A stretch of 64,000 nucleotides of DNA from Bacteroidales bacterium UBA3717 (lineage in GTDB: Bacteria; Bacteroidota; Bacteroidia; Bacteroidales; Paludibacteraceae). Of the stretch, positions 1-8,761 are shown in pieces. The notes below the pieces were generated by a model. That model was given only the letters and a program-made list of their open reading frames with translations, did no database searches and was not told the origin of the DNA. Position 1 is the first letter of the stretch; every line of letters starts with the position of its first letter. The DNA lies in assembly GCA_002372695.1 (NCBI GenBank), contig DFHS01000022.1, forward strand, positions 6,284-70,283, read 5' to 3'. Made by a program: the position numbers and the translations under genes.

Positions 1-951
1 GAAGTGACCGGCGTCAGCTACGAGAAACTCAGTCCGAGAATCGCCGATACCGCCAAGCATATGTGGATCACGTATATCGGTCTGACCATCGCGGAAGGAG
101 TATTATTATGGCTCTTTGGTATGGGTAAGTTCGACGCCGTTTGTCACTCCATGGCGACCATCTCCACCGGTGGATTTGCTACCCATAACGACAGTGTCAT
201 TTCTTTCGGACCGGCTGTACAGTGGACAATATTGATTTTCATGTTGTTGTCCGGTATTAATTTTACCCAACTGATCTATCTCTTCCGCGGCAAGCCCCAA
301 CGCCTGCTGCATGACGAAGAAACACGATGGTACACGAGTGCCTGTCTGGTAGCAGGACTGGTCCTGGCTCTTGGATTGCTCGTGCATACAGGTGCTTGGG
401 AGAGTGTCCGTATCGGTTTTTTCACCTCCGTGGCGATGATTACGAGCACAGGATTTGTAGCGGATGATTACATGGTCTGGCCGCCGGTATTATGGATGCT
501 GGTATTCTTTATGATGTTTCCCGGCGGCGCAAGCGGCTCTACTGCCGGTGGAATGAAATGGGTACGACTGGCTATCTTCGCCAAATCAGCTCTAGCGGAG
601 ATCAAGCGGCGCATACATCCCAATGCCGTCATTCCGGTACGGTTCAACGGGCGCACGGTAAGCGAGCAGACCACTTTTAACATTATGGCCTTTGTATTCT
701 TCTATATCGTGATTATCATCCTTTCCTCGCTTTGGTTCTGCGGTTGTGGTATCGGTTTTGACGAAGCAATAGGCATCGCCGTCTCGATGATCGGTAACGT
801 AGGCGTCTCTATCGGACAATGGGGATCCAGCGGATGCTACGCCGCCTTGCCCGCCGCCGCCAAATGGGTAGCGACCTTCGTCATGCTCATCGGACGTCTG
901 GAGATATTTACGGTATTGTTATTGTTCAGTAGGGCTTTGTGGAAGAAGTGA
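1..951 (+). CDS. trkH: TrkH/KtrB-family K+ uptake permease, C-terminal ~315 aa (5' end outside the window)
   Basis: Frame is open from the window edge to the stop at 949-951. Polytopic protein with TrkH-type pore-loop blocks (ISTGGFATHN, PGGASGSTAGGMKW, ITSTGF). Confidence 0.85.
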   Translation, partial: EVTGVSYEKLSPRIADTAKHMWITYIGLTIAEGVLLWLFGMGKFDAVCHSMATISTGGFATHNDSVISFGPAVQWTILIFMLLSGINFTQLIYLFRGKPQRLLHDEETRWYTSACLVAGLVLALGLLVHTGAWESVRIGFFTSVAMITSTGFVADDYMVWPPVLWMLVFFMMFPGGASGSTAGGMKWVRLAIFAKSALAEIKRRIHPNAVIPVRFNGRTVSEQTTFNIMAFVFFYIVIIILSSLWFCGCGIGFDEAIGIAVSMIGNVGVSIGQWGSSGCYAALPAAAKWVATFVMLIGRLEIFTVLLLFSRALWKK

Positions 952-967
952 TTAGGGGATTTGTGGA

Positions 968-2278
968 ATGAGACCGTATAAAGTATTACTGTTCATAGTT
1001 TGTGTGATGGTATCTCTGGCGGCACTATGCGTAGTGTTGCCCGGACGTATTTCGTTCGGTGACAAGAACCTGCGATGGCCGCCCCTCGCGGAGGTCATAG
1101 GCAAAGAAGAGGTAGTCCCGGATAATCCGGAGGATCCAGAGAGTCCGGAGGTTCCGGAATCTCCGGAAATTCCGGATAGCCCGGACACCTTAAAGGTTGT
1201 TGAGGCGGAGGAGATTCAGCCTGTTGTGCCGAAGATCGTGGTCGACTCGACGACCGACAGCCGCATCTTCCTGCAGGCTTTCTATACCTCCTTGGCGGAC
1301 GCAGGAACGAAGAAGATCCGCGTCGTTCATTACGGAGACAGTCAGATTGAGGAAGACCGCATGACCCAGCAGATCCGCGAAACCTTACAAGCCGCTTACG
1401 GCGGTTCGGGGGCAGGGTTAGTACCCTTGGCGCAGACCATTCCTTCCCTCACCGTACGGCAGGAGCTATACCTCTCCGGTCGTTTCGTCAGCCCGCAGAA
1501 CGGTCCGAAGCGCTACCTGGTCTATGGTCCCAAACGTGACCAGCGCACCGACGGGCTCTACGGCCCGATGGGTCAGATGGCATACCTAAGCGACAGTCTC
1601 GTCAAAGGCAGCGAGTCCGTCAAAGCGATCTGCCACCCTTTGCAACCCAACGGACACTACGACCGTTTCCGGCTTTTCGCAGACACCTCCGTCCATTATA
1701 CCACTTCCCGCGATACGATGTTCCTTACCGGCCGCGGCGGCGTTTATGGCCTTTCCCAAGAGAGCAAGACCGGCATCATCGTCGATAATATCCCCATGCG
1801 CGGATGTATGGGAATCGTCTTTACAAAAATGGACAGCGCGCAGTTGAGCACGTTCTACCACTCCGAGAACGTGCGGCTGATTATCATGCAGTTCGGCGGC
1901 AATGCCATCCCCTCCAATAAGAACCCCGGCACGATACAAGCCATCGTCAAAGGTCTGCGGCAGCAGGTGCAATATCTGCGTCGGTGCGCACCCGAGGCCT
2001 CCATCCTCTTCATCGGACCGAGTGACATGCTGACCCAGATAGACGGCGAATGGACGACTTATCCGATGGTTCCGTACATGGACAAACTGCTGCGCAAGAT
2101 GGCGATGGAGGAGAATATCGCGTATTTCAGTCTCTACCGATGGATGGGCGGCAGCGGATCAATGAAGAAATGGCAGGAAGTGGGTCTGGCAGGTTCGGAC
2201 GGTGTGCACTTCACTCGTGCCGGTGCTCGCAAGGCAGGAAAAGCTGTAGCAGAATGGATGATGGAAGGAAATGAGTGA
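968..2278 (+). CDS. SGNH/GDSL-fold hydrolase-like protein, AlgX/AlgJ-like partner of the downstream MBOAT
   Basis: N-terminal membrane anchor, PE-rich linker, then a HYGDSQIEEDRM block (GDS nucleophile motif). Overlaps the next gene by 8 nt. Confidence 0.7.
   Translation: MRPYKVLLFIVCVMVSLAALCVVLPGRISFGDKNLRWPPLAEVIGKEEVVPDNPEDPESPEVPESPEIPDSPDTLKVVEAEEIQPVVPKIVVDSTTDSRIFLQAFYTSLADAGTKKIRVVHYGDSQIEEDRMTQQIRETLQAAYGGSGAGLVPLAQTIPSLTVRQELYLSGRFVSPQNGPKRYLVYGPKRDQRTDGLYGPMGQMAYLSDSLVKGSESVKAICHPLQPNGHYDRFRLFADTSVHYTTSRDTMFLTGRGGVYGLSQESKTGIIVDNIPMRGCMGIVFTKMDSAQLSTFYHSENVRLIIMQFGGNAIPSNKNPGTIQAIVKGLRQQVQYLRRCAPEASILFIGPSDMLTQIDGEWTTYPMVPYMDKLLRKMAMEENIAYFSLYRWMGGSGSMKKWQEVGLAGSDGVHFTRAGARKAGKAVAEWMMEGNE
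1117..1185. repeat. Tandem word array, 9-nt unit x8, TCCGGA core, in frame
   Basis: (C/T)CCGGA or TCCAGA recurs every 9 nt at 1117, 1126, 1135, 1144, 1153, 1162, 1171 and 1180. Encodes PDNPEDPESPEVPESPEIPDSPD. Confidence 0.9.
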
Positions 2279-4046
2279 TTTTTGGCAACACATATTAGGA
2301 TTTAACGCAGAGAGCCCGCTGCTCTTCACCCAGTTCTATTTCTGGGCGTTCTTCGCGTTGGTCTATGCGCTCTTTGCGCTGATCACGAGCGGCAAGCACG
2401 GAGGCAGTAAGTCAAGACTGCATCTAAGGAACGTGTATCTGCTTTTCGTGAGTTGGTTCTTTTACTACAAGACCAGCGGACTTTTCCTGCTCATACTGGC
2501 ATTTGTTACCCTGAGCGACTGGCTCATTGCGCAGCGGATAAGGGCGAAAATTGAAAGGAAATGGGCACCCAGACTGTGGCTCACGCTCTCGGTCGTCATC
2601 GACCTCTCCATCCTTTTCTATTTCAAGTACGCCTATTTCTTCACGAACGTCATCAACGACTGGTTTGGCGCGGACCTCCGAGTCTTTGACATCTTCGCGT
2701 ATATCGGCAACGGCTTCTCCGAGGCAGGGCGGTTTGACGTCGATACCATCATCCTGCCGGTGGGGATCTCCTTCTATACTTTCCAGGTCATCTCCTATAC
2801 CTGCGACGTCTTCCGGCGGAAGATTGAGCCGGTGAAGAACATCCTCGATTTTGGGTTCTACGTCTCTTTCTTCCCGCAACTTGTAGCGGGACCGATCGTG
2901 CGCGCAGAGGAGTTTATCCCGCAGTTATACAAGCCTTTCCGCCTGAGCCGCAGAGCCTTCGGTATCGCGGTCTTCTGGATTCTCAACGGTCTGGCAAAGA
3001 AGATCATCATGTCCGACTACCTGGCGGTGAACCTCATCGACCGTGTCTTCGACAACCCCTTGCTTTTTTCGGGTTTCGAAAACCTCTTCGCGCTCTTTGC
3101 GTACTCGCTGCAGGTCTATGCGGACTTCTCCGGCTATACGGATATCGCTATCGGCGTAGCCTTGCTCATGGGCTTTTACCTGCCGATGAACTTCAACAGC
3201 CCCTATAAGTCCAAGACGCCGCAAGAGTTCTGGCGGCGGTGGCACATGTCTCTCGGACGGTGGCTCAAGAGTTATCTATACATCCCCTTGGGCGGTAACC
3301 GCACAATTCTCGGTTTCAAAGCACCTAAACTATGGGCTGCAAACTTCAACTCGTTCATCACACAAGTCCTCGGCGGTCTCTGGCATGGCGCGAGTTGGAA
3401 CTTCGTCCTCTGGGGAGCCATCAACGGCGTCGGTATGATCATAGAGAAGATCTGGCGGGAGTGGAACTGGCATGTACGTTTTGCGGCGATTTCTGCGTTG
3501 ACGTTCGGGCTGGTGCTACTCGATTATTTCTATAGCCTCCCAGTCTGGCGCCTCTTCGCCGTCTGGGCTGCTATCATCTGGTTCGGTACCGCCATCCGGT
3601 ATGTTTATTTCCTCATCACAATGGATAAAATCATAAATCATAAATTGGAAATCATAAATAATAAAATCGCAAACGCCTGGGCGATCTTGCAGACTTTTGC
3701 TTTCATCACCTTTACGCGTCTCTTCTTCCGTTCGTCCAGCAATCTGGATCCTGCGACGGCAAATGAAGTAGCCTGGGCAACGGCAAAAAATATGGTGAAC
3801 CAAATCGGCGGCGCATGGTCCAATGCCATCATCCCGGATTTCCTCTGGGAGTACCGATGGGTAGTAGCGATGTTCGTTGCCGGCATGCTCATTCATTGGA
3901 TCCCGACGAACTTCAAACGCCGTTACCGCCTCTGGTTTAGCGCGATGCCTTTGTGGCTGATGGTCATCGTCGTCTGCCTTGCCATCGTCGTCATCTACCA
4001 GTTCGTCTCCGCCGAGATGCAACCCTTTATATATTTTCAATTTTAG
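2271..4046 (+). CDS. MBOAT-family membrane O-acyltransferase (AlgI/DltB-like)
   Basis: Polytopic protein with the MBOAT block FWRRWHMSLGRWLKSYLYIPLGG and the GGLWHGASWNF histidine region. Confidence 0.85.
   Translation: MSDFWQHILGFNAESPLLFTQFYFWAFFALVYALFALITSGKHGGSKSRLHLRNVYLLFVSWFFYYKTSGLFLLILAFVTLSDWLIAQRIRAKIERKWAPRLWLTLSVVIDLSILFYFKYAYFFTNVINDWFGADLRVFDIFAYIGNGFSEAGRFDVDTIILPVGISFYTFQVISYTCDVFRRKIEPVKNILDFGFYVSFFPQLVAGPIVRAEEFIPQLYKPFRLSRRAFGIAVFWILNGLAKKIIMSDYLAVNLIDRVFDNPLLFSGFENLFALFAYSLQVYADFSGYTDIAIGVALLMGFYLPMNFNSPYKSKTPQEFWRRWHMSLGRWLKSYLYIPLGGNRTILGFKAPKLWAANFNSFITQVLGGLWHGASWNFVLWGAINGVGMIIEKIWREWNWHVRFAAISALTFGLVLLDYFYSLPVWRLFAVWAAIIWFGTAIRYVYFLITMDKIINHKLEIINNKIANAWAILQTFAFITFTRLFFRSSSNLDPATANEVAWATAKNMVNQIGGAWSNAIIPDFLWEYRWVVAMFVAGMLIHWIPTNFKRRYRLWFSAMPLWLMVIVVCLAIVVIYQFVSAEMQPFIYFQF
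3624..3668. repeat. AT-rich word array (ATCATAAAT words) read in frame inside the MBOAT gene
   Basis: Sequence is ataaaatcataaatcataaattggaaatcataaataataaaatc, encoding DKIINHKLEIINNKI. It is sharply AT-richer than the flanking coding sequence. Confidence 0.8.
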
Positions 4047-4100
4047 ACCGCCCTGCGGGCTAAAAGAATAAAGACCGCTACGCTAAAAGACAAAAGACTA
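4046..4100. repeat. Intergenic word array (AGACCGC / GCTAAAAGA / AAAAGAC words)
   Basis: Lies between the MBOAT stop and the coaE ATG. Positions 4066-4084 (gaataaagaccgctacgct) are identical to 36888-36906. Confidence 0.8.
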
Positions 4101-4103
4101 AGT

Positions 4104-4796
4104 ATGATTATAGGGATAACAGGTGGAATAGGTAGTGGAAAAAGCACTATCGCACGAGCGCTCGCAGCCCGCGGGTTTGCCGTCTATGACTGTGACCGCG
4201 AAGCCAAACGTATCATTGCGGAGAACAAAGACGTGCAGCAACAGATCATCGCCCTCCTCGGTCCGGAAGCGTTTTCCATCCATCCATCATTGAGCGATGC
4301 GGAGCAATCCGTCATTTACAACACCTCTTATGTTGCCCAACGTGTTTTTGCAGAACCGGAGCTACTGGAGAAATTGAATCATATCGTCCACCCTGCCGTA
4401 AAAGAAAATATCCGTCAGCAGGCTTTGCCTGCGGTCTGTCAGCAAAGCGGTCTGTCAGCAAAGCGGTCTGTCAGCAAAGCGGTCTTATTCATCGAGTCCG
4501 CCATCTTATATGAAGCCGGTTTGGACTCCATCTGCGACAAGATTTTTGTCATCGAAGCCCCCGAAGACATCCGTATCGCGCGTACCATCGCACGCGATTA
4601 CCACGGCGACGCCTCCCCCGAGAATATAAATAAGGTACGCGCCCGCATCCGCGCACAACAATCATCATCCCCCCTCCGCGCACAACAATCATCATCCCCC
4701 CTCCATGGGGGGACCGAGAGGGGCTGCATTCTTATTAACGACGGCCGTAAAAGTATCGATGAACTGGTCGAAACAATCATCACACTCCTAAGCTAA
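4104..4796 (+). CDS. coaE: Dephospho-CoA kinase
   Basis: N-terminal P-loop IGITGGIGSGKST and CoaE-like layout. Carries two internal in-frame tandem duplications. Confidence 0.9.
   Translation: MIIGITGGIGSGKSTIARALAARGFAVYDCDREAKRIIAENKDVQQQIIALLGPEAFSIHPSLSDAEQSVIYNTSYVAQRVFAEPELLEKLNHIVHPAVKENIRQQALPAVCQQSGLSAKRSVSKAVLFIESAILYEAGLDSICDKIFVIEAPEDIRIARTIARDYHGDASPENINKVRARIRAQQSSSPLRAQQSSSPLHGGTERGCILINDGRKSIDELVETIITLLS
4433..4485. repeat. Perfect 16-nt tandem repeat x3.3 inside coaE
   Basis: ggtctgtcagcaaagc occurs at 4433, 4449 and 4465, with a partial copy at 4481. The 48 nt equal 16 codons. Confidence 0.95.
4648..4701. repeat. Perfect 27-nt tandem repeat x2 inside coaE
   Basis: tccgcgcacaacaatcatcatcccccc occurs twice and encodes RAQQSSSPL twice. 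Confidence 0.95.
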
Positions 4797-4823
4797 TATA
4801 AATACAGCCCAAAATAAGTATCT

Positions 4824-4867
4824 CACCATAGGATCACCATAGGATGACCATAGGATCACCATAGGAT
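4824..4867. repeat. Tandem word array, 11-nt unit x4 (CACCATAGGAT / GACCATAGGAT)
   Basis: Lies directly downstream of the coaE stop. Read from the sequence. Confidence 0.95.
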
Positions 4868-4944
4868 GAATCGCCCGTTTTGTCATTTTAGCTTCTTTTA
4901 CTATATATACGTAGTATATATACTTTTTGATTAGAAATTTTTCA

Positions 4945-4975
4945 TTTGCATATATCAATTTTTTTCGTACCTTTG
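4945..4975 (+). promoter_or_regulatory. Bacteroidota sigma-A-type promoter (-33 TTTG, -7 TACCTTTG)
   Basis: TTTG at 4945-4948 and TAnnTTTG at 4968-4975, 19 nt apart. No convincing CDS lies downstream before the terminator at 5104-5124. Confidence 0.55.
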
Positions 4976-4980
4976 CAGTC

Positions 4981-5124
4981 GAAAATTGTGCAAAAGCAAT
5001 AATAGATAAACTATATATTTATGACTACACCGACGGTTATCTCGTTATTGAGAACACTTTAAGCCGTCGAAATGTAGAAAAATTGACGGATTTTGTACAA
5101 AAGGAGTGCTTCGGCACTCTTTTT
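4981..5124 (+). ncRNA. Candidate ~145-nt small transcript of unknown family
   Basis: Bounded by the promoter at 4945-4975 and the hairpin plus T-run at 5104-5124. It contains only a 13-codon ORF. I recognise no known RNA family. Confidence 0.3.
5104..5124 (+). terminator. Intrinsic terminator
   Basis: gagtgc-ttcg-gcactc followed by ttttt. Confidence 0.6.
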
Positions 5125-5134
5125 GCGTTAATAG

Positions 5135-5166
5135 TTTGCGTATGTCAAAAAAAAGCAGTAAATTTG
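5135..5166 (+). promoter_or_regulatory. dapB promoter (-33 TTTG, -7 TAAATTTG)
   Basis: Sequence is tttgcgtatgtcaaaaaaaagcagtaaatttg with 20-nt spacing. The same architecture occurs at about 10 other loci in the window. Confidence 0.7.
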
Positions 5167-5222
5167 TAGCCGATTTTGTGCGCACGTGGTAAACGCGCAC
5201 GTATACATACAATAAATAAAGA

Positions 5223-5861
5223 ATGAAAATAGCAATTATCGGATACGGAAAAATGGGTCACATGATCGAGGAAGTGGCCCTGAGCAGAGGGCACGAGATT
5301 GTGGCTACTATTGACGCCGGCGATGCCTTCGACCTGGAGGGAGCGGATGTAGCGATTGAGTTCACTACACCTGCGACAGCGGAGGAGAATATCCGCAAGG
5401 CGTGGGCGCAAGGCGTACCTGTAGTCTCCGGTTCGACTGGTTGGAACGCCGCTGCGCTGATGGACGAAGACCGACGGACGCATGACAAACAAATGCTCAT
5501 CTGGAGCAGCAACTACTCCGTGGGAGTGAATATATTCTTTGAGGTGAACAAACTGCTAGCTGAGAAGATGGCATCCCAGCCGCAGTACACGCCTTCCATC
5601 ACCGAGACCCACCACATTCACAAACTCGACAAGCCGTCGGGTACCGCCAAAACTTTGGCGGAACAGATCCGAGATATCGAGATGTCGAAACATCGAAATA
5701 TCGAAGATCTTCCTATCGAATCCATCCGAGAAGGCGAAGTGCCGGGGACGCATGAGGTGAAATGGGACAGCGAGGAGGATACCATCATTATTACACACAT
5801 CGCCAAAGGCCGCAGAGGTTTTGCCCTCGGAGCGGTTCTGGCAGCAGAGAAATTAGTATGA
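5223..5861 (+). CDS. dapB: 4-hydroxy-tetrahydrodipicolinate reductase
   Basis: N-terminal Rossmann motif IAIIGYGKMG and the DapB signature ETHHIHKLDKPSGTA. ATGA overlap with lepB. Confidence 0.85.
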   Translation: MKIAIIGYGKMGHMIEEVALSRGHEIVATIDAGDAFDLEGADVAIEFTTPATAEENIRKAWAQGVPVVSGSTGWNAAALMDEDRRTHDKQMLIWSSNYSVGVNIFFEVNKLLAEKMASQPQYTPSITETHHIHKLDKPSGTAKTLAEQIRDIEMSKHRNIEDLPIESIREGEVPGTHEVKWDSEEDTIIITHIAKGRRGFALGAVLAAEKLV

Positions 5862-7186
5862 AAAGTTTTCAAGATAGAATCAACGAAGTGCCGCGCGGAG
5901 GATGGATTCGCGCAGGAATCTGGAGCGCGCTCTATATCGCGTTCGTCATCTGGGTCGCATGGGGCGACTGGAAGAGTCTGGGTTGGCTGCTCCTTCTGCC
6001 GCTGATCGTAGATGCCTTCACAACGAAGTATATCAACTACTCTTGGTGGCGCAAATACAAAGACACCAAGCCCGCCCTATACACCCTCTGCTCGTGGATA
6101 GACGCAATTGTGTTTGCCCTCGTGGCGGTGTATTTCATCAACTTGTATATCTTCCAAAACTACCAGATCCCCTCTTCGTCTCTGGAGAAGAGTCTGCGTG
6201 TCGGCGACTTCCTGTACGTCAGCAAGATGGCGTACGGAGCCCGCGTGCCGCAGACACCGCTATCTATGCCGCTCGTGCAACACACGATGCCGGAATGGCT
6301 AGGCGGAGGAAAGAGTTATTTCGACAACCCGCATTGGGACTACAAGCGCCTCGCAGGATGGACGAGTCCGAAGAAAGGCGATATCGTCGTCTTCAATTTC
6401 CCTGCCGGCGACACGGTGTGTCTCAAGATGCAGAACCCCGACTATTATACCCTCAAACACTACTACGGCGAGGCCTTGCTCAAACAGCGCAAAGACGTGT
6501 TTGGCGAGATTGTCACACGGCCTGTCGATAGGCGTGAGAACTACGTGAAGCGTTGTGTGGGCGAACCGGGAGACAGTCTGCGTATAATCGACAATGTCGT
6601 CTATACGAATGGCGAACGGGAGCCGGAGAGAGAGGGCTTGCAGCTGAATTATCTCGTGCAGACCGACGGGCATGTGTTCGGGGCCAAATATCTGGAGAAG
6701 ATCGGTATCAGCATAGCTGACCGCATCCAGATAGACGCCACCACCTGGCATTTCCCGCTGACAAAGGCGATGAAGGAGGAGTTGACCCAGAACCCGCATG
6801 TGGTCTCCGTGATGGTGGAGCCTTCGGACCGCGGCGGAGAGGTCTATCCGCTGGGACACAACACCTGGACACGCGACAACTACGGACCGATCTACATCCC
6901 GAAGAAAGGCGACCGAATCCTCATCACCGAGGAGAATTACTGGATCTATAAGCGCATTGCAGACGCGTACGAGTTTAAGCCCATAAAGATCGGCGAGGAG
7001 TACGAGTTTGAGATGGATTACTACTGGATGCAGGGCGACAACCGCCATAACTCCGCCGACAGCCGTTACTGGGGCTTCGTGCCGGAGGATCACATCGTCG
7101 GGCGGCCGGTATTCATCTGGCTCTCCATCGACAAAGACAAACACTCCATCCGCTGGGAGAGACTGGGAAGAGGAGCTAAACGATGA
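5858..7186 (+). CDS. lepB: Signal peptidase I
   Basis: Start chosen at the ATG overlapping the dapB stop (MKSFQDRINE). Has a TM segment, the Ser box IPSSSLEKSL, the Lys box YVKRCVG, and GDNRHNSADSRYWGFV. Confidence 0.9.
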   Translation: MKSFQDRINEVPRGGWIRAGIWSALYIAFVIWVAWGDWKSLGWLLLLPLIVDAFTTKYINYSWWRKYKDTKPALYTLCSWIDAIVFALVAVYFINLYIFQNYQIPSSSLEKSLRVGDFLYVSKMAYGARVPQTPLSMPLVQHTMPEWLGGGKSYFDNPHWDYKRLAGWTSPKKGDIVVFNFPAGDTVCLKMQNPDYYTLKHYYGEALLKQRKDVFGEIVTRPVDRRENYVKRCVGEPGDSLRIIDNVVYTNGEREPEREGLQLNYLVQTDGHVFGAKYLEKIGISIADRIQIDATTWHFPLTKAMKEELTQNPHVVSVMVEPSDRGGEVYPLGHNTWTRDNYGPIYIPKKGDRILITEENYWIYKRIADAYEFKPIKIGEEYEFEMDYYWMQGDNRHNSADSRYWGFVPEDHIVGRPVFIWLSIDKDKHSIRWERLGRGAKR

Positions 7187-7707
7187 TTTTACCTACCGCA
7201 TATTTGCCACCGAAGTCGTACATGGAAGCGCTGATGAGCGAACCCGCAACGATCGAGCAGATGGAGAGCTTTGAGAAACAGACGTTTCGCAACCGGGCGC
7301 TCATCCGCGACGCAAAAGGAGAGCTGGTACGACTGACCGTTCCGGTGGGCAAAGTGGAACACAAGCAGCTGACGCGGGATATTCAGATCAGTTACCAGAC
7401 CCGATGGCAACACCAACACTGGATCACCCTCGTCTCCGCATACCAACACACGCCGTACTTTACGTATTTCGCAGACTACCTCAGGCCGTTCTACGAGAAA
7501 GAGTACAAATGGCTGTTGGACCTGAATGACGAGATGAACGCGACGCTGGTCGCCCTTCTAAAGAAAGAGAGACCGTTATTAGACGAAAGTCAAAAGTCGA
7601 AAGTCGAAAGACGCACCGCCGATTGGAGCGGATTAATTTGGACAGATAAACATCCGTGGCAAACGGAGATAAGTATATTAGATACGTTGTTTGATGAAAG
7701 AGATTGA
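7183..7707 (+). CDS. WbqC-family protein
   Basis: N-terminus LPPKSYMEAL...FEKQTFRNRALI...LTVPV resembles the WbqC-like family. 4-nt overlap with lepB. Confidence 0.65.
   Translation: MILPTAYLPPKSYMEALMSEPATIEQMESFEKQTFRNRALIRDAKGELVRLTVPVGKVEHKQLTRDIQISYQTRWQHQHWITLVSAYQHTPYFTYFADYLRPFYEKEYKWLLDLNDEMNATLVALLKKERPLLDESQKSKVERRTADWSGLIWTDKHPWQTEISILDTLFDERD
7582..7609. repeat. Tandem word array, 7-nt unit x4 (GTCGAAA-like), in frame
   Basis: Sequence is gacgaaa gtcaaaa gtcgaaa gtcgaaa, encoding DESQKSKVERR. Confidence 0.85.
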
Positions 7708-8704
7708 TTGGAGTAAACTGGGATTTCATTACACGGAGCCGGACTATATAGTTCGCGCCGCGTATCATGATGGCGCATGGGAAGAACCCTACGCCACGAA
7801 GGACAAGTTCCTGCACTTGCATGTGTCGGCGACTTGTTTGCAGTATGGGCAGGAGGCCTTTGAGGGACTGAAAGCTTTTCGGGGAGTAGATGGGAAGATC
7901 CGTATCTTCCGCTGGCGGGAGAATGCCAAACGAATGGCACGAAGTGCAGAGGGGCTGTACATGCAACCCGTGCCGGAGGAGTTATTCGGCAAAGCCATCC
8001 GGCTGGCGTTGGAGAAGAACATGGATTTTCTGCCGCCTTACGGAACCGGCGCGACGCTTTATTTCCGACCGCTGCTGATCGGTACAACGCCGCGTCTGGG
8101 CGTGGGACCGGGAAGAGATTTTGAGTTCATCGTCATTCCTTCACCGATAGGTCCGTATTATCCGGGCAAGTTCCATTGCACGACGTTCATCGTGAACCGG
8201 CATGTGGACCGTGCGGCGCCTTATGGAACAGGAACCTTCAAGGTCGGCGGCAACTACGCTTCGTCCTTCCGGGCTACCGAACCGGCTCATGCGCAAGGCA
8301 TGGATTGCCTCTTCCTCGATGCCAAATACCATCGGTATATAGACGAGTGCTCGGCAGCGAACTTCATCGGTATCCGCTCAAACGAGTACCTGACACCGAG
8401 ATCCTCTGCGATTTTGCCGAGTATCACGAATGACAGTCTGATAACCTTGGCAAAGGACTTAGGAATGAAAGTGACGAGAAGGCATATACGGCTGGAGGAA
8501 TTGGCAGACATGAGCGAAGCCGCAGCTTGCGGAACGGCGTGTGTCATCAGCCCGATTGACAAAGTGATTGACCCGGAGAAGAACAAGATTTACCACCTGA
8601 GCGACGAACCGGGACCGGTACTCACAAAGCTCTACCACGCGCTCAGAGACATCCAATTCGGCCGAGCCGAAGATAAGCACGGATGGTGCGAAGTGATTGA
8701 CTAG
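7691..8704 (+). CDS. ilvE: Branched-chain amino acid aminotransferase (class IV)
   Basis: 337 aa with conserved blocks LQYGQEAFEGLKAFR and YFRPLLIGT, plus the C-terminal fold-type IV layout. Confidence 0.9.
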   Translation: MMKEIDWSKLGFHYTEPDYIVRAAYHDGAWEEPYATKDKFLHLHVSATCLQYGQEAFEGLKAFRGVDGKIRIFRWRENAKRMARSAEGLYMQPVPEELFGKAIRLALEKNMDFLPPYGTGATLYFRPLLIGTTPRLGVGPGRDFEFIVIPSPIGPYYPGKFHCTTFIVNRHVDRAAPYGTGTFKVGGNYASSFRATEPAHAQGMDCLFLDAKYHRYIDECSAANFIGIRSNEYLTPRSSAILPSITNDSLITLAKDLGMKVTRRHIRLEELADMSEAAACGTACVISPIDKVIDPEKNKIYHLSDEPGPVLTKLYHALRDIQFGRAEDKHGWCEVID

Positions 8705-8736
8705 GACCCTAGGATCCTAGGACCCTAGTAAACTAG
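8701..8736. repeat. Tandem word array, 8-nt unit x4.5, CTAG core
   Basis: CTAG occurs at 8701, 8709, 8717, 8725 and 8733. The first copy contains the ilvE stop codon. Confidence 0.95.
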
Positions 8737-8761
8737 AAAACAACAAAAAACCAAATAATTT

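Noticed and set aside
4927-5169. The 80-aa track ORF between coaE and dapB.
   Set aside because: It spans a consensus promoter, an intrinsic terminator and the dapB promoter, and it has no protein-like composition.
5223-5861. dapB looks about 20 aa short at the C-terminus compared with my recollection of DapB proteins. Possible truncation by the overlapping lepB start.
   Set aside because: I cannot verify orthologue lengths without a database. No alternative frame continues a DapB-like sequence. All catalytic motifs are present.
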